From contig CP158636.1 in the NCBI GenBank assembly GCA_050273025.1, positions 5,394,001-5,458,000 of the forward strand: a stretch of 64,000 nucleotides of DNA. Reading direction: 5' to 3'. The position numbers were made by a program, and so were the translations under genes. The stretch is from Cenococcum geophilum (Eukaryota). The notes beneath the pieces were generated by a model. The model was not told the DNA's origin. It saw only the letters and a program-made list of their open reading frames with translations, and did not search any database. Each line of letters begins with the position of its first letter. Position 1 is the first letter of the stretch. Shown here piece after piece: positions 11,907 through 23,269 of this stretch.

Positions 11907-14302
11907 GTTGGTGATGAGTGTGATGTGCACGAGAAGCCCTAGACTCAACAGCTAAAGCAGGACTTGCGATCCGATGTGGATCTTGCAAGAGAAGGAAGGA
12001 GGAATAGTTTGCCTGGTACGGCCAAATTCATGCCTACCCCAGACTATCGCGTTGACTACGCGCCAAGAAATGTTCTGCTTAGTCATGGAGAAGCCAAGCT
12101 TTCTCTCGAATCACAGGTTAAGGGAGACTGGCTGGGCATAACGGAACACCTTATAAAAGTTATAGGCTTGCTCTCGTTCTAAGGTCGAGCCTTCTATCAG
12201 CTTAACAAACAGTGGTGATTCAAAGTTTATTTTTTGTGCCTACTCGTTTACGATTGCATCGATCTGCTGCATCCCCGCCGCACAGCTCAGCAGCTATCAC
12301 ATAACCTCTTGTGGCTGGAAACCTCGTACGAATCAAATTCGCCGAAAGGACAAAGAAAGTCACGATAACCCAAGCTGCTCTTCCCACGGAAATCCCTTTG
12401 TCACTTCACTCCAATTCGTGTGCCGCCACATCATGTTACGCGATACTCCGCCAGCAAAATTCATCCGCGGCGGACGTCGAGCAAAAGTAAGCATAATACA
12501 AATATAGCTCAAAGTGGGCACCGTTTGCAATCGATAGGCCCTTTCCCTCCCGGCAGCTCGATAACGTAGAATCAAAGCTGAAGAATAACAGCTACGCGCC
12601 AATATCCTTTGTTCTAAAAACGAAAAGTGCTCCAACCCAGGAGATTTTCCAAGATGGTATTTGAATGAAGATTATGTTAATCGGAGTTTTGAAATGACAT
12701 GGCTTTTCTTACTGTAATAGAAATACCCTTTTTTTTTACAAATCCCTCGGCTACTAGGATCTAATGTCAATATCATGCACATGTGATCGATAAATAATTT
12801 TGGATAGCATTTTCGATTAAAATTATGAGTGCTCTTCCCGGCAAAATATCGAGTATTCCGTATTTAAGGACCAGAGGTTCATCTTTGAAATTCATTAAAT
12901 CTACTCAAAATTGAAAATGGATAAAGGCACTGTCAAAACTGCACTAGGTACGGAATCCCAACTCACATGATTCGTCTCTCAAAAATCATACCACTCCTCG
13001 GTCCTATACAAACCTCAATGACATTCATGCAGCTACTCTAATCCCAATGCATCCGGTACTTCTAGAGCATCTACCATTCTAGCCTATCATTTCCCCAGAA
13101 TTACGGCAGATCCACAGTTCCTTCCATTTCCTCTACCAAAACAGCAGTGAAACTGCCTAATTACGTGCTTGTCCGCCTGCCAACAGTCTTAGTCAGGTAG
13201 TGTAATTCAAGCCTGACAAAGCGTGCCCCGCAGTCCCTCAAGCCAACCGTTAGACTCATGCCCGCCATCCAGATCAGCAGCCGGGATATTAACGATTGCA
13301 TCGGCGATCCAACGTAGCGAATTGATGCGCACAAGGATCGGGCGGCTGAAATATGCAGGGACAGAGATAGCGAGGAGGAAGGAGGATGGCGAGACCGAGG
13401 GTTGCTAGGAAAGATAAGGCAGCAGAGGTTTTAGGGAGTTTGGGGGTTTTAGAGGAGTAGGCTGGGATGAGATGGGGCTGGAGGTTGTTGAGCTGCCTTA
13501 TTGGGTGAGTCTGGGAAGAGTTGATTAGATATAGTTGGATTAGTTGGATAAGGAGGTACCTCTGAGCCACTCGTGGGGACATCTCTAACGCGAGCGAGTG
13601 CAGGAGAAGCACGGTATGGTGTGGTACATAGCTCCCATTCAGCAGCATATCATACCAACGTCAGGATCGTACTCTCGTATGTCATCGCCCACGGCCGACC
13701 GCCCAGCCAGCGCCGCCCAGCAGCGCAAAACCCCGCTAGCCAGGAACAGTCGATGCGCAAACAGAATCGTGATGATGACCCTGCCGTCCATTCCTTCCCA
13801 CCACCGGCCAAAACACCAGAAAACATTCTTTATACGCCAACAAAAACCCTCTCTTCTGCCACGGGACAACTTGTCGTCGGAAGGGTAGCACCCACTCCCA
13901 AACACCCACTCGCGCGCCGGCTGTGCCTACTGGTTGATTGGCTGCACCCACCACGGAACTCATTGTCGTCACAATCGGCTCACAGGTGTCCTCCTTTATC
14001 AGCAACGCCCATCCCAATCCCGCGCCGTCAACCCACTCCAAACGCTGCGGAAGTCGCACGAGACCCGCCCAACCAAGCCCAGTACCCCTAGTTCAGCCCG
14101 TTCTCGCTGCACGATCGCAGATCAGCACCCGGTCAAGATCGTGCACCGCGCTGCAGCATGCTTGCCAGTGTTGGGCGGCGACGCTTGCCGATCAGTTCGC
14201 AGTGCGCCGCGGGCCAATGGGCAAAAGGTGAGCGGGAGGGATTGATAGAGAAGGCGGGCTTGAGTGGTATTGTGATGGGGTTTGGCGGCGTTGGTGGTGA
14301 AA

Positions 14303-14992
14303 GCTTGCTTGCTTGCTTGCTTCCTTCGTGTCTTCCTTCCAGCAACAGCAGCAGCACACGAGCTGGAAACCAAAAAAGCCCCAGCGCGCTCGATTGGAAA
14401 GAGTGCATGCGGCAGCCCGGCTGCAATATACCGCAATCGGTGCAGTCGTCCCTCTTCTCCTCCAATCCTTCTTTCCCGCCCACATAACCTTCCCTCCCCT
14501 TCCCAATCCAGACATGTGAAGGGCAAATACTTCGCCTCCCCAATCCCGGCAGCTGCAGCAGCAGTTTGCGCGCATCCGCATGGAGATCTCCGCCACCCCT
14601 TCACGCACGCACGCACGCACGCACGCAACCCGCCTAGCGGTGTTGCACCGTCCTGTCCTGTCCACCGACCCATTGCGTTATTTGCATCTGCAGCCCTCAC
14701 CCCGTCTGCCATGCAACACGCCCTCCTGCACGTAGCACCGAAAAACAATGCCCGATGCGCGCCTTGTGGGCACTGACCGCACCAGCGGACGCCTCCAGCG
14801 CTGCACCAGCCAACCAGAAAAAAAAGACGACGCCTGCGCAAAAGATGCCGAGGCCTGTCGGGCCCGCCGTCGCCGATTGTTCCCCGGGGCTCAGCTGCGC
14901 AGGCATCGTTGTTCCTGGATCGAGCTGGCCTGGCCTGTCCTGCCCTATCCCATCCCATCCCGTCCCATCCCGTCCCGTACCGTCCCGTCCCG
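14303..14992. repeat. Cluster of short microsatellites: (GCTT)n about 14303-14322, (GCAC)n about 14602-14626, (CATCC/CGTCC)n about 14947-14992
   Basis: Tandem repeats visible directly in a GC-rich intergenic region. Confidence 0.8.
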
Positions 14993-15851
14993 TCTTTCTC
15001 CTCTCCACTCCACTACTGCAGAAGCGTCTCACGGGGCTGAACTCTGAGTCTCGCGGAAAAGCGCCGAAAGGGGTAGGAGAGGGGGGGGAGAAAAAGGAAT
15101 GTGAGAGGGTTGGTGGCGCACGGATAGCGGGGTTGGACGATTGATTAAACATTAATTAGTTTCTCTGTGCAAAACCCGATTGGCGATAAGGCCAGGAGCT
15201 TGGCGATGCAGATACGCGAACAGTTTTGGGGGGTGGGCGTTATGCAATATCGTCCTTATCAAGCGGGAGGGAGGCATGGCGGTGATTCAGTGGAACGGGG
15301 GAATCAAGGGGGGTTGAGGGAACAGGGGTGGGATTTCACTCATGGAGAAGATCACGCGAGAGGGGGAGGTTGAGTGAGGGTTATCATGTTTGGTATTTAT
15401 GAGATGCAAAAAGATAGGCTAGTGGCTATGCAAAGGGCTATCTGATCAACAGATCGCTGCTGTAAGAAATTCCCGCGCCTGGACTCCGGCTGGCGATCCC
15501 AGTTCATCCCATCCATCCGCCTCTCCACCTCCCAAGATGCTGTACGACTGTGAAGTGCTCACCGTGAAGCGTCCCTTCCAGTTCTCCAATCACCTATCCC
15601 TCCATCTGCCCTGAAGTCTCTCCGCTAACGCCTCGCTCTAAATAAACCCAGGAGTCAAGCCATACGCCGTTGCGTAAGAATGATGCAGTGACATCGTCCG
15701 CAGGCTGGAGTTAGCCGGGACCAACTTAGTTCGGTTCGAGTCGATAGATACGTCTCCATGGTGAAAGGTGTCAGATAGATGGTGCTGAGACCGCGTAGTA
15801 GGTGTACGCAGATACTCCTGCTTTCGTATTCTGGGGTAGGCAGTGGATGTT

Positions 15852-16148
15852 TCAGCGTGCGTCGTAGCCCACCAGGCTGGCACACCGGTTGCAGTAGTAC
15901 AGATTCGTGCCGAAGCTGATCATGCCGCTGGTTGAGGAGCTGGCGGAGCCTAGGCTGGAGCTGCGGTGGCACCGGGAGCAACGGATAGGAAGCTCGAGTG
16001 GAGGCGTGGGAGTGGTAGAGCTGGTAGTGGTGGTTGAAGAGGTCGAGCTGGTGCTAGTGTTTGCGGACATGTTGTTTTGAGCCGGCTGGGCGCTAGGCCG
16101 GGAATAGGCAGCAGCGGTTTGGAGTTGAAGGAGCTTGGAGGCATCCAT
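15852..16148 (-). CDS. Small protein with two CxxC pairs (putative zinc ribbon)
   Basis: MDASKLLQLQ...IRCSRCHRS...MISFGTNLYYCNRCASLVGY. The start at 16148 is inferred; the ORF track extends it to 16361. Confidence 0.7.
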   Translation of the reverse strand: MDASKLLQLQTAAAYSRPSAQPAQNNMSANTSTSSTSSTTTTSSTTPTPPLELPIRCSRCHRSSSLGSASSSTSGMISFGTNLYYCNRCASLVGYDAR

Positions 16149-19007
16149 GCTTGCTAGTGGTGTAGTGGGAGGAGGGAGGACGCGCAACGCCAGGAGAGGA
16201 TTGCTGGGGTCTGAAGGTGTTTCTCCGTTGAAGGAAGAGGAGCAGGGAGATGTGCTTGGTGTTTCCACTGAGAAGTGTGAATAATAGGTGGAAGGGATGA
16301 TGGAAAAGTAGCAGGTCCGCGAGGTGGAGGCGTTTGGTGAATTTATGTTGGAGAAGAGCATTATTTGTTATGTCCGGGTGCACAAAGGACGACGAAACGA
16401 TTTCGTCAAAGAGTCCTGAAACAGAGGAATGCTTGATCTGGCGGTGGCTTGTGTAGAGTGCAAGTCCCTAATATATATCTGGGAGTGCGGATTACGGCAA
16501 TGTTTCATCGCCCGATGCAACGGCTGGGCCTCTGCGTTTGCAAGGGAGTGGGCCGCGCAAACTTGGGCAGGGTGCCGTGGGAAACAATCGGCATTGGAGT
16601 GAGTCAAAGTGGAGGGGTGGATCAATCATGGCGGGTTCCAGCAACCTGGGAAAGGCAGAGGTGTGATGCGCTGTGATTGCGCTGTGACTACGGGCGAGAG
16701 CTTGGTGCAGGGGGAGTCGGCAGGTGGGAGCAGGCAGTAGGGGCTTGCTTCGATCGCCCAAACGTTTGTGAGATTGACGGCGACATCTAGGCCCAGGCCT
16801 GGAGTGCCTTGCAGGGGTGGCACTGGCTGCGATTAATAACCTGGTGCTAGCTGACATGCCACAGCCACACCCCTTCTCGTCTCTTCCACGAGACTCTGCT
16901 TTCTCTCGTGGCTTCGCCCTCTTCTCAGCAATCGAGCTGTTCCGAGTTCCATTTCCTCCAATAGTTCGAGATGGAGCCGTCTCCTCGCGATTAATGCGTA
17001 TGCATATCATAAGCCACCAGTGCTGTCAGACTTCCTCACTTCTGCACGACTGAGAAATTTTACGCCTCGGTCACCCTGTCGATGGTACCCTTTGTGTCTA
17101 GACGGATACAAAATTCTTCGTAGCTTCGTTTTGAGTTGGATGAGGCTGCTAGGCTCCTCGGCTGGGCAATGTCCTTCCTGCCCAGGAAATTAGATCGTCT
17201 CTCCATCAACATCACTAGCAACGTCTTCAGCACCCTTGAAACCGTTGCGAATAACGTAGAATGTTCTTATCAGATGGAGAGTAGCATGAAGAACACGAAG
17301 AACTACAGTGGGACTGTCCGCCTACAACCCCCTCCACTATACGGGTTGCTAGCGTCTAGACACATTTTGTATGGAAAGAGTGAAAATCTCATATATTCTA
17401 TGCCAAGCCGCTAGCAATCTGTACAAGGTGAGAGGATTGTAGAACGATCTAATTCGGGACCGTTGAAGCCGGATACTGGCCCCGACCTCGTCACACCACC
17501 CAAATTTCAAAGTACTTTCAGAATGAGGAATCCCGTACGAGTCAAAAAGGGGATCCCGAGTTAGGTTACTGTTGGCTATTGTTCGATCCAGCCTTAGAGT
17601 TGGGCTGGGCCGACGACCTCAGTGTAAACCGTACAAAAAGACTGTAGATTCCAGCACTGCAAGTATATCTCCCCATCCTCAGCAGATCCCTTCCAAAAGT
17701 TTGCGACTGACAGATAGCCTGGCCGGTTCCACTTCAGCAACGGTCTTCAGCCTGAGTCCCGCCTTAGTAATGGAACCCCTTAGCTGTAGCGCCGCCTGGA
17801 TGAACTCAGGAGCACTCTCCGGTGCAAGCTGGGTCTAGTGCGGACCGAGGACTTATCCAACTAATGAGTGAGGAGAGGAAGGATGCCCATTAAGGCAAAG
17901 ACTTTTATGTCATTGTCTCAGTGTGGCGTGTTCTGGACTGCTCACAATTTAATGCTGGTCCGCGGGGCTGGTCTAGTTCGCCTAAAATGATTGGTTGGTT
18001 TTTTAACACAAATAATCCCTGGTCACACTCTACGGCTTTTGCGTGCTTTGGTTTCTGCATTTGATACCGGTCAGCACAAGACGGATTTAGCTCTGCCAGG
18101 AAACTCGTGAGAATGTGTGCACAGAAACGCCGTATTACTAGTGAAGCATGCGAAAAAGACACCAATAAGAAAGTCTTTTTTCTGGAATCGTCTGATAAGA
18201 TAATGTACCTTTGGATTGATTCATGATTCTTTTGCGCAGGACTGAATCTCTTGGAAGCCGTGTTCTCCGTACCTAAGCAGGTATGGAGGTTTCCGTTTTG
18301 CTGAGCAAGCATGACCCGGTCTAGATCTTTGCAACTGTACCACGGAATTCTTGTTCCACCGCTGTTGGCCAAAGAACAAGACTCCCATTGTTTGCCTGTT
18401 GGGGCAATTGTATGCGACTCGCACTGGGGACGTGCTTTCAACGTTGCATTGCACAAAGGTACAAGATGGTAGTCCTTGTGTTGAAAGGGGCGTCAAGTCT
18501 TGTAAGAAATGGGCGTATGGCTTGATCGTGAGCAAATAACGTGCTGATAGTGACTGGATTCTTAATGAAGACAGCCCCCTTTTCAAATAACATTGAAGCT
18601 GAGCCTCGGTGAAGATGCCCAGAACGTCGTAAATGCAGTATGCGGAGCCCGTGCTTGTTTTGCTGTCACTTGGCAGCGCCGTCGTCATCGTATCGTGAGT
18701 ACCGGATTCATGTACACCGCCTAGGCGCATCCGTTTGAAAGCGCCGCTGATTGTTCGGAGAAATCCGCCTGTTTTACTAGGTAAAATGGGTTTGGTCTCC
18801 GACAGACTAGCGCGCTTAGAAAAACGACAGATATCAAAATTAAATAATGCATTAAAAATGGCAGCAGTATTCTCCTATGCCTTTTCGGTGCATACACATG
18901 CCCCTAAACTAGGCTTAGTGCTTGCCTAAATAGGCTGTTTAGCACGTTTATAAGCTAGTATAAGACGGTCTAGACGATTACCTAATCCAAGGATTATATT
19001 AACATAT

Positions 19008-19421
19008 CACACCAGTAAGCTGCGCGCACCAGTAAGCTGCGCACCCCCATCCCCCACCAAAAATCACGAAAACTATAGTATAATATCTTAACAACCACTT
19101 AATAAAAACTTCTAAAATTTTATATTTAAGCTTATATATATACTCCATTTCTTCTTTTTTAATCTTAAAGTAATTTATAAAGTAATTATAAAAATATAGA
19201 GATTAAAATACAATTTAGGGGCCAAATCTATATATCTTTATAACCACTTTATAAATTTATTTAAAATTAAAATAAAATAAATAAATTATATATATAAGCT
19301 TAAATATAAATTTTTAGAAGTTTTTATTAAGTGGTTGTTAAGATATTATACTATAGTTTTCGTGATTTTTGGTGGGGGATGGGGGTGCGCAGCTTACTGG
19401 TGCGCGCAGCTTACTGGTGTG
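19008..19421. mobile_element. MITE / non-autonomous DNA transposon, 414 bp, with about 135-bp TIRs
   Basis: Starts CACACCAGTAAGCTGCGCGCACCAGTAAGCTGCGCACCCCCATCCCCCACC and ends with its reverse complement; AT-rich core; ACATAT on both sides (19002-19007, 19422-19427). Confidence 0.93.
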
Positions 19422-19921
19422 ACATATTAAGTCTTGGTACGTTGAGTCAGCAAAATTTCCCCCAGCTCAACTTCGGCTCAATTTGCTCTACTTAGGTGGT
19501 ACTCAGTCTTGCTCAGTCCTACTCAATCTCTAATCCAATTTGCCTCAGGCTGCTCATGGTCTGCTCAGTCTCACTCAAGGTCCCGTTTCTGAGACCCCCC
19601 AGTTAATCTGGATAGCCATATCTTGCTGGCGTGGCACATCTGTACCAGCGTTGTCAAGTCTACGCGACCTATCTCGGGGGTCCCAGTTTTGGGACCTCCA
19701 TAGCTGGACAGGAGTTCCAACCCCTGTTTACCAAAATAGTTCATTCCTTTTGCTGTTGACAAATTGTGGTGTCTCATGAATCACCCTATGCGTCGTGATG
19801 CGTCTGTCTCGCCGGAGTTACGCTTTCTTGAGTTATCTCTAACAATCTCTTAAATACGTGTAATATACTAGCTACTTTGCCAAGCCTCTCATATTCCCCA
19901 ATATTTGAGTTAGTTCCGTAA

Positions 19922-22841
19922 CTATCCATCATCTTCTTCCGACTCTGGCTCGTCTGCGTCGCAGTTGCTCTCCCGCGCCATCGTCCTTGCACTGGAGTCA
20001 GCCCCTTGGTGTCCCTCCGACCTGGCAACCTCCACTGATCTAACCGCCTTGTCGACCACCAGCTCCAAGAGATCCTTCTTGTCATCCAGCTTTGTCTCAA
20101 TATATTTAGTCATCATGACAGTATCTACTGCCTCACTATCATGTTCGTCATTCTGCTCTCTCATGTTGGCCTGGATAGCCTCTCGTGTGCCGACCGGTAG
20201 ATTCGATGTGAGTCTCTCCCGAAAGCCACCACTTATTCTGAAGCGGCCAGATGCTGTCTGCGAGCCAACGATGTCGGCAACATCAATGCTGCGCTTCGCT
20301 GAAGGTACTTCGGCCCCTATACCTAGTGAGGTTGCACATTGTACCTCATATGTGGGTGACTTAGAACCGCAATGGTAGCCGTTAGGTAGTATGCTAGAAA
20401 AGTCGTTCTTGCTTGAGATGCTGGGAAAACCGTTCTCGTTTGGGATGCTGAAAAGGTCGTTCTCGCTTGGGATGCTGAAAAAGTCGTTCTCGCTTGCGAG
20501 GCTGAAAGCGGGGTGCTCGTTTAACATTCCACAGGATTGACTCTTGTATGACATCATGCCAGATGCAGAGGATGGTAATTCTACAAATGCGCTTCCTGGC
20601 GTAGATGCAACCGTGTTCCGAACTGGTCGTAATTCAGATGGCCCAGATCCAGAGTGTTGTATACGGCTTAGGCGCCGTCAGGAGGTGAAGGTCGCCAGCA
20701 AGGGCGTCGTAGAAGTCGATAGGGCGGGCCACCGACCCATCGCGGTTCGTCGCGACAAAACTCGTCCACCTGCTAGTCACCGAATACAACTTCCCAAGGA
20801 GCACGGCGTTCCGGCTGGCCACGGAGTGGTCGGCGGCGTCGTGTGGCTGCTGCTGATCCGCTCTGATATCCAGGTCCAGCAGGGCAGACTTCACCGCGAG
20901 ATGCTGGAGAGTCCTATCAGGAGTCGCGATGGACAGGACTGGCAGGGTCGCCTTGATAACGTCTCCTCGATTGGCGCCAGCTGTTGCTGTAATGGTAACC
21001 GACGACAGCGGGGCCGCGGAGCCTGTGTTGAGGAGGCAGAGAATGGACGACTGTTTAAAATGGTGTATTGAAGGTGACTGTGGAGCCTGGATGTATTCCC
21101 ACGAGTTCGGCACGTTCCGTTTGTCGTTTTTTTTGTCCCAAGGGAAGCTGTCCTCGTTCAAGTCCAAGCGAATGAACTGGGGCCCCAGGTCTATCTCGCA
21201 GTTCCACGTCGGCGGCATCAGGGCGCCCTTGAGCATCCGGATCACCCTGTACTGCCACTTGTCTGGCGTCGCGATGCCAACCACCTCGCCGAACCCTCCG
21301 CCGGCTCCGCTGATCCCCTCGATAAGACGATGCGAGACGGTGTCGCCAATACCGAGTACGAAAAGCCGGAAGCCATCCCCCAGCTTCGACCGAGTATGCT
21401 GAACGAAGCTTATCGTCTTATTCGCATTCCAGACCTGCCCATCTGTAAGAACTATGATTTGAGTAGAATGGCCAGTCGTCGATCTTCGTATAACGGCATT
21501 TTCTAACGCGGGAAGCAGTTCAGTCCCACCCATGTCGGCCGAGAATCCCGAGACATGAGAAACGGCTTCGTCCAGGGTCTCCTGACTGTATGGCATGGAA
21601 GACTGCCATAACGACCGAAACGAGGTTCCGAAGGAGTAGAGGTTAAAGGTGCAGGTGTCTGGAAGGCTCTTGACAAACACATGGAGGGCATCTCGAAGGC
21701 CAGAAATCTTTTCACCCCCCATCGACCCTGAGCGATCCGCAATGAATACTATTTCGCCTCTAAAGTCTATTTGGGGTTTGTAGGTGCTGAAGAGTTCGCT
21801 TGGCTGGATGGTTACCATCAGGGCCGAGTGGTCATGTTCATTTGCTGGGGAGAGGAGAGCTTGAGACCGGGTGACCGAGTCATCATCCCCGGAGGTCTTG
21901 ATGAAGACGACAAAGTCTTTATGCATTCCCGCATTCGGATCGGATAGCCTGACCGTCGCCTGGCACGGGTTGAGTGCTGCAGAGCCCCCTTCCCGCCCCG
22001 ATCTCGCTCGGGCGTAGAAGGCGTCGAAATCCAGCAAGTCTGGGGGAGCCCCCGCCGACCCCATATCTACGGAAACCAGGTGGGATCGGCATTCGATTTG
22101 GCAAATCGGCTGGTGAGAATTGACCGCGACGACTACGGCGAGACCAGTATGAACCATAGCAGAGGAGCTCGAATATCCGGCGGGTGGCGTCCCATATCGC
22201 GGCGCCAATGACGTGGGGATCGTGACCAGGTATCCTTGTCCGCCAATGTCTGATTTCAGTTCGCTCACATAGGTAATCTCTATCTTCACGGACGTCTTGG
22301 GCGGAATGTTCCCGATCATCGTCTGGAACACCTCGGGGGTCCTCTCCTCGAGGAGCGCGGCGGCCTCCATGCTCTCAATGGCCCGCATGTATTCATCCCT
22401 GGCCTCCTCGTTCGACAACACCTTGCCTATGAGCACTTCCGAATCCCCAATATAGTATCGGAAAGTCGTCACGGCGGCTCCGTCATATATCGGAAATGTG
22501 TAGTGTGCTTCGGGGATGGCAATGTTGGATATGTTGGTGAACCGCTGCATGAACCTCGTTGTCGCGATAGTAGAGTCAACACGAACATCGATTGCAACGT
22601 CTAAGAGCGGAAGGCAAAGGACTTGCTGTGGTTTCGGTTGTGAAGGAGAGTGGGGAAACTTGTCGGCGGGCGGAGCGATACTTGGGTTGACGGCCGGGCG
22701 AGCATTGGGGAAGATTGGGAAGATGGTCGCCGGCGAGCAATCCAGCGGCACCTCGGGACAAAAATCTGTGAAGAACACTCCTGAGGGAATACGATACGGT
22801 TCGAGGGGACTCCCGTGGGTCTGGTAAGGGGAATATGCCAT
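19922..22841 (-). pseudogene. VIT + von Willebrand factor A domain protein (VWA5A-like) with an apparent frameshift near 20640-20680
   Basis: VIT region (EAHYTFPIYDGAAV, ALLEERTPEVFQTMIGNIPP) and vWA MIDAS (FIADRSGSMGG, ADMGGTELLPAL, IIVLTDGQV, LGIG..VS..LIEGI...GGG). ORF 19922-20557, in another frame, supplies the typical C-terminal helical domain (DIVGSQTASGRF...LLELVVDKA) and stays open up to the overlap. Confidence 0.82.
20380..20512 (-). repeat. Coding tandem repeat, about 5 x 27 bp (9 aa)
   Basis: FSLASENDF FSIPSENDL FSIPNENGF PSISSKNDF SSILPNG. Confidence 0.85.
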
Positions 22842-23269
22842 GTTGAAGAGTGTTGAGTTAGCAATTCTTAGTTGGAGGGCTAGTGCCAATATGAGCGCTC
22901 GCAAAACAGCCACAGACGAACTTGAATGGAAAGTCTCTAAGTGAGTGGCGCCGTGTGTTCATTGAAATGTAAAGCGGTCGCGGAGACTTGGAGATGGAGA
23001 ACATCTATTAAAACTTCCAAAGCGGGGACGAGCCTGACGGGGATGCGGTGGCAGATAGCGGTGTAATGTTTCCACTCCGTATCGATCAGGCTGAGGCTCA
23101 TGTGTAATATACGGAAACCTGAAATAAATACCACGTTTTCTGCCCCGACGTGGGGGGCAATGACTCGTGATCAGAGCGGTCCTCGACAAATGCACCGATA
23201 GAGCAAGGAAGCAGTCTAGAGAGAAACTTCGAAGTGTCGGATTTTCCATCCCAACCATACCTGGGGGAA

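Noticed and set aside
12360..12635. 91-aa minus-strand ORF that looks partly protein-like
   Set aside because: No ATG start, no recognisable family and no supportable exon chain.
13223..15400. Many overlapping 60-280-aa ORFs on both strands
   Set aside because: GC-rich, microsatellite-containing sequence; translations lack recognisable motifs or consistent splice structure, so they are most likely non-coding.
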